Source: Treponema sp. (lineage in GTDB: Bacteria; Spirochaetota; Spirochaetia; Treponematales; Treponemataceae). Taken from it: a stretch of 64,000 nt of DNA. The notes beneath the pieces were generated by a model. That model was not told the DNA's origin and searched no databases. It saw nothing but the letters and a program-made list of their open reading frames with translations. The stretch spans positions 494 to 64,493 of the forward strand of contig JAKSTI010000010.1 in assembly GCA_024402665.1 (NCBI GenBank). The letters run 5' to 3'. The position numbers and the translations under genes are program-made. This document shows, in pieces, positions 39,432-49,105 of this stretch. How positions within the stretch are numbered: position 1 is the stretch's first letter; each line of letters opens with the position of its first letter.

Positions 39432-42269
39432 ATGAAAAAGATATTTAAGATTTTATCAGTTTTATTTTTTGCAGTAACATTATTCCCAGTTCAGCCATTA
39501 TTTGCAGAACCTGCAGACAATCTCCATGAATACACATTAGAAAATGGACTTACAGTTTTTCTTCTGGAAGATTCAGCCGCTCCTTTAATCAGGGTTGAAT
39601 TTGCAGTAAAAGCAGGTTTTTCTTCTCAGACTCAGAACACCTGCGGATTTTTTAAACTTTACACAAACATTTTTGCTTCCCAACTGCCACAATTAAAATT
39701 TGATGAAGCCGGTTGTTATGCCGATTCTTCCCGCTATATTGTTACAATTCCTGCTTCAAAATTAGAGCCTGTAATCAAACAGATTTCAACTGCCGCTTTT
39801 TCCCCTAACCTTTCTGATGACATTATTTCTGCTGAATTAAATGCAATGAAAAAAGAAGTAAAAGAAAATGCTTCATCAATGTCTACATTAATTAATTCAG
39901 CTATTGATTCAAAAGTTTTTTCTGATGCTCCATGGAAACACGATTCGGGAGTTTATCAGCCAATTTTTAACAAAACAACTATTTCTCAGGCAAGAACAAT
40001 TCTTAAAACAATCAGCGAACACTGGTACATTCCTCAAAACAGCGCCCTTTTTGTAAGCGGCAACATTAATGAAGAAGAAGTTCTTAAACTGATTGAAAAC
40101 ACATTTGGCACATATTATTCAAGTGACATTTATAATTCTAAAAAATCACAGCCAGAAGTGAACAAACAGCGCCGATTCGTTATCCACAATCCGGAATTTT
40201 CAAACGAATTAACACAGGTTGTAGTTCAGTATACAAAACTTGAAGACATGGAACAGGCAGATTTAGCAGCGGCAATTTTAAATAACAATTATTCTTTCTT
40301 TAAATATAATCTGTTAAATCAGCCGGAATTGAATATCCCTGGAGACGAATACATTAACGTAGCATCTGCTCATAAACGCGGTTCTTCCAGATTGATTATT
40401 CAGTCGCTTTTACAGGCACCAGAAAACAAAAAATTAAAAACAAACTCTCTTGCACAGGCAACAAAATTCTTAAATCAGGTAAAAAACAGTATTTCACAAA
40501 TTAATCCCGGGGAATTTTCTGCTTACCAGAGCCAGCTGATTTTTGACATGAATCTTCTTTCATCAAATTCATCTGTTTTTATGGAAAAACTTTCTTCATA
40601 TTGGGCAATCACAGATTATTCTGCATTTATTGATGACACAATCAATTATTCTGCAAACTCAATTACTGCACAGACTCTTCTTTCCAGAAAAACAAAACTT
40701 AAAGATGAAACACTGTATCGGCTTCAGACAACTCTTCAGAACAATGATCCATATATCTTTGTAATCATTAATTCTGCAGATTATAAGGCGAACAAAGATG
40801 CTTATAAAAATGCAGGTTTTGAAGAAATCACTTTGACAAATTCTTCATGGTATACACAGGATATGTATCAGAATGCAATTTCTGATAACAAACAAACAAA
40901 TAATCAGAGTCCTTCACCAGAAACTACAGTAAACGAATTTGAAAACGACTACTACAAAGAAAACATTGCAAAAATAAAACAGGGAAGATTATTAAACGGA
41001 ATTCCACTTATTACAAAACAGAATCCAAACACTTCTCAGATTTCATTGCTGCTTTCTATTCGTGGCGGAAAATTAAATACAGCCAGCGACAACGGTTTTG
41101 AAGAAGTAATGGTTGGTCTTCTTGCAACAAATATTCAAAAGGCAATTTACGAAGAAGCACAGAAAGGCAAAATCTTTGGTATTCCAAATGTAACTTATGA
41201 CTGTAACATTGCAACAAGTTATATCCTTCTTGAATGTGAAAAAGAAGATTTTGAAACCTGCTGTCAGTGCATTTCAAATGCATTAATTTATGGCGATATT
41301 ATTCCAGCTGTTGCAGACAGAGCTGTAGCAAACCGCCAGTACAAAAAGAGACTGGAAAATGGAAGTGCAACCTATCAGCTTTATAGTGCAATGATTAAAC
41401 AGCTCTATCCTAAATCTGATTTTGCAAAGATTTTTGACAGTGAAGCAGAAATTCTTGAAAAAACAAGCTATCAGAAAATTCTGGAATCTTACCAGTCTTT
41501 ATTAGACGCATCCCGTTATTCTGTAATTGTTACAGGCAATTTTGATAAAAAGCTGGAAGTTACACTAAATACAACTCTTGCAATTTTAGGAAACCAGAAC
41601 GGCACAGTTCACTTCTCTTCTGTTCAGACAAATCTGCCAAAAAATAAAACTGTAAACGTAAAGGTAAATCACACTTTCCTTACAGACATTCCAGCAGAAA
41701 AAGCAGGACCAATGCCAGCAGTTTTAATTCCAACTACAGAATTCCTTGATCCTGTAGTATATGCTTTCCATTCTCCAGAAAAAGGAACAAAGGAAGGTGC
41801 AATTTTTGATGCAATTCTGCTTTATCTTGAAGAAAAACTTAATGAAGAAATTCAGAAAAATAAGCGCCTTGATAACGCAAAGGCATATGTCACTTTCTCA
41901 AAATCTCAGATGGATGTAGCAACAATTACAATTCAGAATGTTCCACACATTAAAGAAATTGATTCAGCCTTCAAAAATATTATTGATGAACTTGAAAACC
42001 AGCTTAAATCTTCTGACAGCGAAAATGTAATTCAGAAAATCAAAGACAACTGGATTGTTAATAATATGAACGAAGCTTATACAAACTCCGGAACTGCATT
42101 ATTGCTTCAGAAAGGATTTGAATACTTCCCATTTGAAGCAAAGCCTTTACTCTATCTTGAAGAATATAATTTTATTAGAAACGGCACTGTTACAGATTAT
42201 GCTGATGTGCTTGTGAACTTCCCTTCTAAACCTGGTTTACGCGTTTATTCTAAAGACGGCAAAAAATAA
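39432..42269 (+). CDS. Exported insulinase/M16-fold protein lacking HxxEH
   Basis: Signal peptide, YTLENGLTV and LLNGIPL starts of two M16 halves, YIPQNSALFVSG. Start taken as ATG 39432. Confidence 0.75.
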   Translation: MKKIFKILSVLFFAVTLFPVQPLFAEPADNLHEYTLENGLTVFLLEDSAAPLIRVEFAVKAGFSSQTQNTCGFFKLYTNIFASQLPQLKFDEAGCYADSSRYIVTIPASKLEPVIKQISTAAFSPNLSDDIISAELNAMKKEVKENASSMSTLINSAIDSKVFSDAPWKHDSGVYQPIFNKTTISQARTILKTISEHWYIPQNSALFVSGNINEEEVLKLIENTFGTYYSSDIYNSKKSQPEVNKQRRFVIHNPEFSNELTQVVVQYTKLEDMEQADLAAAILNNNYSFFKYNLLNQPELNIPGDEYINVASAHKRGSSRLIIQSLLQAPENKKLKTNSLAQATKFLNQVKNSISQINPGEFSAYQSQLIFDMNLLSSNSSVFMEKLSSYWAITDYSAFIDDTINYSANSITAQTLLSRKTKLKDETLYRLQTTLQNNDPYIFVIINSADYKANKDAYKNAGFEEITLTNSSWYTQDMYQNAISDNKQTNNQSPSPETTVNEFENDYYKENIAKIKQGRLLNGIPLITKQNPNTSQISLLLSIRGGKLNTASDNGFEEVMVGLLATNIQKAIYEEAQKGKIFGIPNVTYDCNIATSYILLECEKEDFETCCQCISNALIYGDIIPAVADRAVANRQYKKRLENGSATYQLYSAMIKQLYPKSDFAKIFDSEAEILEKTSYQKILESYQSLLDASRYSVIVTGNFDKKLEVTLNTTLAILGNQNGTVHFSSVQTNLPKNKTVNVKVNHTFLTDIPAEKAGPMPAVLIPTTEFLDPVVYAFHSPEKGTKEGAIFDAILLYLEEKLNEEIQKNKRLDNAKAYVTFSKSQMDVATITIQNVPHIKEIDSAFKNIIDELENQLKSSDSENVIQKIKDNWIVNNMNEAYTNSGTALLLQKGFEYFPFEAKPLLYLEEYNFIRNGTVTDYADVLVNFPSKPGLRVYSKDGKK

Positions 42270-42324
42270 TTTGAAAAAATAAGCAGGGAAAAAAGCTTTT
42301 GAAATCATAAAAAAGATTTTGGGC

Positions 42325-42357
42325 AAAAAAAATCCTTTCTCTTACGAGAAAGGATTT
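42325..42357 (-). terminator. Intrinsic terminator after tRNA-Asn
   Basis: AAATCCTTTCTC-TTAC-GAGAAAGGATTT with an adjacent A run (U run on the minus strand). Confidence 0.8.
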
Positions 42358-42359
42358 AT

Positions 42360-42432
42360 CGGCTCCTGCTGGGCTTGAACCAGCGACACACGGATTAACA
42401 GTCCGTTGCTCTACCGACTGAGCTAAGGAACC
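42360..42432 (-). tRNA. tRNA-Asn (GTT)
   Basis: Reverse complement GGTTCCTTAGCTCAGTCGGTAGAGCAACGGACTGTTAATCCGTGTGTCGCTGGTTCAAGCCCAGCAGGAGCCG; promoter TTGACA-17-TATTAT at 42459-42487. Confidence 0.96.
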
Positions 42433-42546
42433 ATCCATTCATTGCTGAATGTATTACTATAATATTAAAATCCGCATTTAATGTCAACAGGTTAAAGCGA
42501 TTTTTTCACAATTTTTTTGAAAAAATCGCCAGAGCCAGAAGCAGGT

Positions 42547-45500
42547 TTATTTTACAAGAATAAATTCTACACGGCGGTTTTTCCAGTTATTATCCTTATC
42601 TTTAGGATTTACAACAGGTTTTGTACCACCCATACCTTCTGTAGAAATATTTCCTTCAGAAACACCACGTTTTACAAGGTAAGCTTTAATTCCATCTGCA
42701 CGTTCCTTAGAAAGAGGCATAAGAGCACGTCCCCAATCCTTAAGGTTATCAACTGTTTCTTCTTCTTCGTTATCAGAAACTCTGTTTGCGTGTCCCTGAA
42801 TTGAAATCTTATAATCAGGGAATTTCTTAAGAATATCTGCAATACGATTCAAGATTTCAACATTTTTCTTAACCTGGGCTGAAGAAAGTTTTGCATTTGC
42901 TTTCTGGAAGTTTGAAGCATCAGATTCAAAGATGATTGAAGGAACAGCCATCTTCAAAACATTACCTTCACGAATTACAAGAACATCAATTGGAATAACG
43001 CCTTCAACTACAGAAGTCATACCAAGGTTATCTGTTACAGTAAACTTGTATGGATAATCCATAGCAGACTGTACGCGTTCAGCATTTCCGCCTGCATCTT
43101 TATAAATATTACTTAAACCGTCCCAAATAAGACGTTCAGTAATCTGTTCTTTACCTTCTGTTGTCCAGAATTTTTTACCTTTAGGATCATTAATTACAAA
43201 AGACCAGCTCTTAATCTTAGCCTTTGTTGTACCTGTAAGACGGATGAACAAATCATCATCAATACCATCGTTATCTGGACTGAAATACTGAGGTGCAGTC
43301 TGAACAGTTAACTGAGGAGGAATTGCTGTACAAACAAATGGACTTGAAACAGCAGAAACTTTGTTTCCTTTCTTATAAACAGCTTCTACAGTTGCAAAGA
43401 AAGTTCCTTCACAAACGTTATTATTTTCATCAGCACCATTCCATTTGAATTTTTCTGGAAGGTTCTTAATATCTTTTTCTGAACGGCTGAATACTACAGT
43501 TCCATCTTCACGTTTAATATTGAACTGCCAGCTGAGAATATCTTCTGGAACAGTTACTTTAATGTCAAAGTCCTGAACATCAAGAACTTTGTCGTTATTA
43601 GGAGAAATACCTTCATATTCGGCTGTAAGATAAATCTTTGTTTCGCGGTTATCAAGAACAATATTCTTTAATTCTGTAGAGAAACTGTTTCCAGCATCGT
43701 CAGTAGAATAAATTACAAGATTATATTTTCCGTATTCAAGTACGTTTCCAGATTCATCTGTACCGTCCCATTCAAGCTTAGATTTTACACCAGCCCAAGT
43801 GAAAGTCTTAACTGCTTTATCCTTAGAGTTACGGATTTCTGCAATCCATTTCTTTTCAGATGAAGAATCTTTAATTGTTACAGGGATATTATCCTGAACA
43901 CCGTCCCCATCAGGAGAGAAATATGTCCAAGGAATCTGTGCTGTAAGAGTTGGATATTTTGTATCAAGAACAAAAGTAGAAGTTCTTGCAGATGCTGAAG
44001 AACCATTTGCTGTTGAAATAGAAAGTGATGCAATGTATTCACCATCAGGACAGTAAATACCATCGTTATCTTTACCATTCCATACAAAGTTTACAGGAAG
44101 TTTTTTGTTTTCTTTCTTAGAGTAAACTACATTAGAACCAGAAACATCTGTAATAACAAAATCATAACTTACAACATCTCTTGTTTCAGTTACAGGAGAT
44201 AATGTAATTGTATCTTTTACACGGTCATTATTTGGAGAGAATGCAGAATCGCTGGCAGCAAGAAGTAAAGTTGCTTCTGTTGTATCAAATGTAACAGAAT
44301 CAATAGCTCTACCACCACCAATATTTCCTGCTGAATCTTTTGCAACAATTACAAAATCATAAGCGCCTTTTTCTGCAATTTTTCCACCATCATTCAAACC
44401 ATTCCAAACAACAGCTGCTGGAGGATAAGAACCTAAATCATAAGTTCTGACAACCTTTCCAGTATCAGCAGAAATAATCTGTGCCTGCCAGTTTTCTACA
44501 GGAGCACCATTATTCTGTGCAGTTGCAACGTTGAATTTTACATCAGGAAGATCTTTTCCACCAAATACTTTTGTAGAAACAGCAATCTGAGCTTCAGGTT
44601 TTACTGTATCAAGAACGATGATTGGTGAATAAATTTTTACAGGAACGTATCCGTTTAAGTATTTGGCACTTACAGAAGCCTGATATTCACCATCTGGAAG
44701 AAGATTTCCGTTATTATCTTTACCGTCAAAAACAATAGAAGAAGGAGGAACAGCACCTGTAGAATTAAGATTATAAACTCTTACAGGAGAAGCATTTTTG
44801 TTTCCTGCTTTAGAAATAGCAACTTCCCAGTCAACAAGTTTATTTCCAGTTTTTGGATCTGGAACAGGAATCATAATATTGAAAGTAACGTTTTTCTTTT
44901 CACTTTCTGTTTCAGGGGAGAAATAACGTGTTCCATCAACATAGATGTTTGTAGCAGGTTTGTCTGCAGAATAAATGATATTTGAAACAACAGTTCTTGG
45001 TGCTGTATTTCCGGCACGGTCTGTAGCAGTTACTTCATAAGAATAAACGCCATCTGGAACCTGTGTATCATTATCGTTTGTACCGTACCAGTTGATTGTA
45101 GCTGGTTCTGAATCAGACCATTTGTATGTTTTTACAATTTTTCCATCAGAAGATTTAAATGTACCAACCCATTCATCTTCCTTAGAACCAGTCTGATTAA
45201 TCTTAAGAGAAGATTTTGAACCTTCACCAAAAGTTTTTTCAGAAGGAGCTGTAACAGAAACTGCAGGAGCAACTGTATCAACAATTACTTCATATTCCTT
45301 TGTTTTACCAACGTTGTCGTTATCATCAGTAGCAGTTACATAGTAGTAGTAAAGTCCATCTGGTGCTGTCTGACCATTATTCATTGCACCGTTCCAGGTA
45401 ATTGTTTCAGGAACAGGAACACCTTCTTTTACAGAAACAAGCTGTTTGAAGAAAGCTTTTGCTGTCATTTTTCCAGGTAAACCAACTTTGTTTTCAATAG

Positions 45501-45696
45501 TTCTGACAACATTATGATTGGAATCCATAATAATAAGACTCCATGCCTTAATGTAACGTTTGTCAGAAATATGAAGAGGAATAACCAGTTCATCCTGAAC
45601 ACCATCATTATTTGGAGAAATATACTTTGGCTTAGCAAATGCAAAACCAGAGATCAAAGATAAAATTAAAACAGAAGATAAAAATTTAGCTTTCAT
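42547..45696 (-). CDS. FlgD Ig-like repeat protein with C-terminal OmpA peptidoglycan-binding domain
   Basis: Signal peptide, repeated SPxxDG and WxG.....G...PDGxY modules, C-terminal IQGHAN...LSKERA...KNRRVEF. Confidence 0.85.
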   Translation of the reverse strand: MKAKFLSSVLILSLISGFAFAKPKYISPNNDGVQDELVIPLHISDKRYIKAWSLIIMDSNHNVVRTIENKVGLPGKMTAKAFFKQLVSVKEGVPVPETITWNGAMNNGQTAPDGLYYYYVTATDDNDNVGKTKEYEVIVDTVAPAVSVTAPSEKTFGEGSKSSLKINQTGSKEDEWVGTFKSSDGKIVKTYKWSDSEPATINWYGTNDNDTQVPDGVYSYEVTATDRAGNTAPRTVVSNIIYSADKPATNIYVDGTRYFSPETESEKKNVTFNIMIPVPDPKTGNKLVDWEVAISKAGNKNASPVRVYNLNSTGAVPPSSIVFDGKDNNGNLLPDGEYQASVSAKYLNGYVPVKIYSPIIVLDTVKPEAQIAVSTKVFGGKDLPDVKFNVATAQNNGAPVENWQAQIISADTGKVVRTYDLGSYPPAAVVWNGLNDGGKIAEKGAYDFVIVAKDSAGNIGGGRAIDSVTFDTTEATLLLAASDSAFSPNNDRVKDTITLSPVTETRDVVSYDFVITDVSGSNVVYSKKENKKLPVNFVWNGKDNDGIYCPDGEYIASLSISTANGSSASARTSTFVLDTKYPTLTAQIPWTYFSPDGDGVQDNIPVTIKDSSSEKKWIAEIRNSKDKAVKTFTWAGVKSKLEWDGTDESGNVLEYGKYNLVIYSTDDAGNSFSTELKNIVLDNRETKIYLTAEYEGISPNNDKVLDVQDFDIKVTVPEDILSWQFNIKREDGTVVFSRSEKDIKNLPEKFKWNGADENNNVCEGTFFATVEAVYKKGNKVSAVSSPFVCTAIPPQLTVQTAPQYFSPDNDGIDDDLFIRLTGTTKAKIKSWSFVINDPKGKKFWTTEGKEQITERLIWDGLSNIYKDAGGNAERVQSAMDYPYKFTVTDNLGMTSVVEGVIPIDVLVIREGNVLKMAVPSIIFESDASNFQKANAKLSSAQVKKNVEILNRIADILKKFPDYKISIQGHANRVSDNEEEETVDNLKDWGRALMPLSKERADGIKAYLVKRGVSEGNISTEGMGGTKPVVNPKDKDNNWKNRRVEFILVK

Positions 45697-45698
45697 AA

Positions 45699-46772
45699 TT
45701 AGTCATCTCCTTCATCACCAAACCAGAGTGTAATTACAGGAGGTGTTTCGTCCTTTGTACCAAGGTTCAAATCAACTTCTGTAGAAATAGCGTGTACTGA
45801 ATTGAAAAGTTCTTTGTATGCTACAACAGTAGACATTTCACTTTCAGCCCAACCTTTTGATTCCATATATTCATTGTTTTCAAAACCAAAACGGAATTTC
45901 AAACCAATACCAATTGCTGGAATAAAGCTGTCATGGCCCTGTGCAAATTCTTCAAGATTAAATTTTTCTGCCACACTGATATAAAACATATTCTTAATAG
46001 AACACTGCAATCCGGCATCAAAAATAACTGTGTGGAACATTGGTGTAGAAACATCAGCTGAGAATCCGATTTTTACACTGTCTTTATTAAGAAGTAAACC
46101 TGAAACACCAGCTTTAATCATAAGCAATGATGGATATGGTGAAACATCAAAACCAGAAATCATTGGTTTAGAAGAAGTCTGTGTGTATGTTTTACCAAGA
46201 TTCATAATAGAACCACCAATACGGAAATCATCCATAAATCCAAGTTTTCCATATTTATAAAGGAAACCTAAATTTCCGTAAAGGCTCCAGTCAGTACCTG
46301 CGCCCCAGAAGAAGCCGCTGTCAAGACCAAGACCAACATAAAGATTATCAGTAATGCTTTTTGAAAGACCAAGTTTAAGGTTCATGCTGTCATTAATGTT
46401 CATATCTTCAAAAGAACACATTGTTCCATTAATTAAGGCAGTAAATACGGCCCATTTAAAAGGAACTACAGAACCAAGCTGGAATGCAGCACCAATTTTT
46501 GGACTGTCACTTGGATTTGCAGAAAACAAACCAGTAAATCCGGCATTAAAAGCAATACGCTGTTCATTGGCAGTAAGAGCTGGGTTCACAGAAAGTGAAG
46601 ATGGATTTGCGTAAAAAATTCCACCACCTGTTGAAGATGCAGCATTTGTCATTAAACGCGCACTAGATAATTCAAAAAAGTTTTCTCCGTTTACAGGAGG
46701 ATTGTATGCATCCTGTGCATATGCTGTGCAAATTGAAATCAACATTGCAGTCAGCAATAATATTCTTTTCAT
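45699..46772 (-). CDS. Putative outer-membrane beta-barrel (UPF0164/FadL/PorV-like)
   Basis: Signal peptide, SARLM...NPAL N-terminal motif and amphipathic strands; coupled to the OmpA gene. Confidence 0.55.
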   Translation of the reverse strand: MKRILLLTAMLISICTAYAQDAYNPPVNGENFFELSSARLMTNAASSTGGGIFYANPSSLSVNPALTANEQRIAFNAGFTGLFSANPSDSPKIGAAFQLGSVVPFKWAVFTALINGTMCSFEDMNINDSMNLKLGLSKSITDNLYVGLGLDSGFFWGAGTDWSLYGNLGFLYKYGKLGFMDDFRIGGSIMNLGKTYTQTSSKPMISGFDVSPYPSLLMIKAGVSGLLLNKDSVKIGFSADVSTPMFHTVIFDAGLQCSIKNMFYISVAEKFNLEEFAQGHDSFIPAIGIGLKFRFGFENNEYMESKGWAESEMSTVVAYKELFNSVHAISTEVDLNLGTKDETPPVITLWFGDEGDD

Positions 46773-46914
46773 AAAATCACCTCTATCCTAAACATATAGT
46801 AACAAACAGTTACCCTATAATAAGAACATTCTTATTATAAATAAATAACACATTTTATTCCATAAAAAGTTGAAAATTCGCAGAAAGTGACTTATTATGG
46901 AAGAAAGGTATATT

Positions 46915-48489
46915 ATGGATATAGAAACAAGAGATGACGAAAAAAAGAAGGCTCCAAAACAGGCAGAATCTAAAAACGGATTCCTGCAGAACCTTATTGA
47001 AAGTATTTTTAAAAGTTCCAATCCTGAAGCAGAAAAGAAACGCAAATTAAAGGCAATTGCAAAATCCTTTTCTAAAACTAAATATCACAACTTCTATAAA
47101 ACCTCAACAATAGAAGCTTTGGCTCCTTTTGCAAAGCTTTTTTATGATATTTATAAAATTGTTGCACCAGCTCAGACAATGTTCAAACTGAATGATAATC
47201 CAACTTTGTACAAACGCCAGATTATCAGTTATTCGCTTTCAGAAAAACAGGTTGAATTATTAAATCATTTTGATGCAAACAAATTGATTGAAATGTCTCG
47301 TCAGGTTCCATTTGAACAGCTGGAAGAAAAAATTCAGGAAGAACTTTCTTTATTTTCAAATGAATATGATCCTGAACGAATTGCAAAAACAGAAAATATT
47401 TATAAAGCATATCTTCATTTTAAAGATTTCTGTGTTTTTGATTATTTTCTTATGCTTAAAAAATTCGATTCAAAAATTCCAGAAAATAACTTTACTGTAG
47501 CCCCTGCTTTTGACAAAGTAAATGCAGAATACATTGTGGAAGATTTGAAAGATTTTATTTCTGTAGCCTACCCTATTATTGATGAAAGCATTGTCTGGAC
47601 AGATTTATTTGATTTCATCACTCAAACAAGAGGCAGCGAAGTAATTAATCCTGCTATCTGGAAAAAGGTAATTGCAAAAATTAAGGCTATCAGATCTTCA
47701 GGTGCTTTTGAGTTGATGATTCGTCACATTTCAAGAAACCCATCTTACGCTTCTGAAGTTAAGTTCCATATGGAATCAATTGTAGAACCATACATTGAAA
47801 GTGTTGAAATAGAAACAAACGACAATTTATCAAAAATTTCTCATCAGCAGAAACAGAGCAAGACTAATTCTTTATGTGATCAGATTTTTGGCACAACAGA
47901 AATCAAAAACTTAAGATACTATGCTTCTTATGCAAACGAACCTTTGATTAAAAAGGAATTAAACACTTTTGATTACACAGACGCCTTGAATTATCTTAAA
48001 GCATTCCTTCTGGAATATGTAAAAAAAGATATTCGTGAATTCTTTGATGTAGTTGTAATTCGTGGTCAGTGGGATGCAACTCTCTCTGCCCCAATGTCAA
48101 ATGCTTATCAGGAATTATTAAAGACTTCTGATGAAATTACAAATTTTGATAATGAACTTGCTGAAGAAGGCTCGTTAGGAATTAAGATTAAAACTTTGCT
48201 TCCAAAGACAGCTCATGATCCTGGAGCAGAAAATATTATTAATCGTGTTGTTGAAGATTCAAATGAAACTGCAAAAGGATTTATTGTTACATCAACCCAG
48301 AACCTTGTAACAATTGGAAAAACTCTTAAGCAGTTGATTGAAGATTACATGAAACAGAAGCCTGTTCTTGTACATAACTGGCGTGAACTTGAACGCTACC
48401 TTGATCATCCAATGAAGGAATTCAGCGTAAATATTTATAAGAAGATTTACCTTTTTGTTCAGTTGATGCAGCAGTACTTAAACGGCTAA
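46915..48489 (+). CDS. Spirochete-type conserved hypothetical protein (DUF5312-like)
   Basis: EKKRKLKAIAK..F and FDYFLMLKKFD motifs; ATG 46915 preceded by AAAGG. Confidence 0.6.
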   Translation: MDIETRDDEKKKAPKQAESKNGFLQNLIESIFKSSNPEAEKKRKLKAIAKSFSKTKYHNFYKTSTIEALAPFAKLFYDIYKIVAPAQTMFKLNDNPTLYKRQIISYSLSEKQVELLNHFDANKLIEMSRQVPFEQLEEKIQEELSLFSNEYDPERIAKTENIYKAYLHFKDFCVFDYFLMLKKFDSKIPENNFTVAPAFDKVNAEYIVEDLKDFISVAYPIIDESIVWTDLFDFITQTRGSEVINPAIWKKVIAKIKAIRSSGAFELMIRHISRNPSYASEVKFHMESIVEPYIESVEIETNDNLSKISHQQKQSKTNSLCDQIFGTTEIKNLRYYASYANEPLIKKELNTFDYTDALNYLKAFLLEYVKKDIREFFDVVVIRGQWDATLSAPMSNAYQELLKTSDEITNFDNELAEEGSLGIKIKTLLPKTAHDPGAENIINRVVEDSNETAKGFIVTSTQNLVTIGKTLKQLIEDYMKQKPVLVHNWRELERYLDHPMKEFSVNIYKKIYLFVQLMQQYLNG

Positions 48490-48513
48490 CTAATCAGCAG
48501 ACAGCAAAAAAAA

Positions 48514-49086
48514 CTATTCACTTACAATCAGTGAGAAGCTGTACTTTCTTAAAAGATTCTCTACTGTAACAGACTTCCCGCTGATTGTAACTTTTTCAAT
48601 CACCTTTTCACCATCTTTTACAGTTCTTACAACAGTCTTTGTTTTAGAATCCACAGTTTCTGTAAATTCAAGTTTTGACTGATTCAAATTATTTTTAACT
48701 GAATCGAATTTATAAAAAGCATTCTGCAAGTCGTTGATAATATATTCTGGTGGCATATTTTTTGGAAACAAAGGACAATCAAGTTCAACAGATTCACCAT
48801 CGTAAGTCATAGTTCCCATATCTGTTCCAAAATCGTTCATAATATCAATGAAAACACCATCTGAGTCAGACTGAACATATACAAGAACAGCAACAGAACT
48901 GCCGCCGTTTTTAAGATTCAGCTGCATCAAATCATCAAGTTCTACATCAACTTCAGAAGGAGGAAGAATATTAATCTGTTTTGTATTTGTAACATAAACT
49001 TTATCTAATCCCGGAAGTTTTTTTACTGTAACACAACTTGTAAGCGCAAAAACTCCTGCAAGAATCAATAAACTGATTTTTTTCAT
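48514..49086 (-). CDS. DUF3261-like lipoprotein (ApeN-like)
   Basis: Lipobox LTSC, NDFGT..YDG and PEYIINDLQ motifs; follows MMPL. Confidence 0.65.
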   Translation of the reverse strand: MKKISLLILAGVFALTSCVTVKKLPGLDKVYVTNTKQINILPPSEVDVELDDLMQLNLKNGGSSVAVLVYVQSDSDGVFIDIMNDFGTDMGTMTYDGESVELDCPLFPKNMPPEYIINDLQNAFYKFDSVKNNLNQSKLEFTETVDSKTKTVVRTVKDGEKVIEKVTISGKSVTVENLLRKYSFSLIVSE

Positions 49087-49105
49087 ATTCTGCCTCCTTT
49101 TTTTT

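Noticed and set aside
32986-42432. Integrated element at tRNA-Leu or tRNA-Asn
   Set aside because: No integrase and no duplicated tRNA 3' end seen; the flanking genes are housekeeping.
42250-42438. 62-aa minus-strand ORF
   Set aside because: It is a translation of the tRNA-Asn gene and its terminator.
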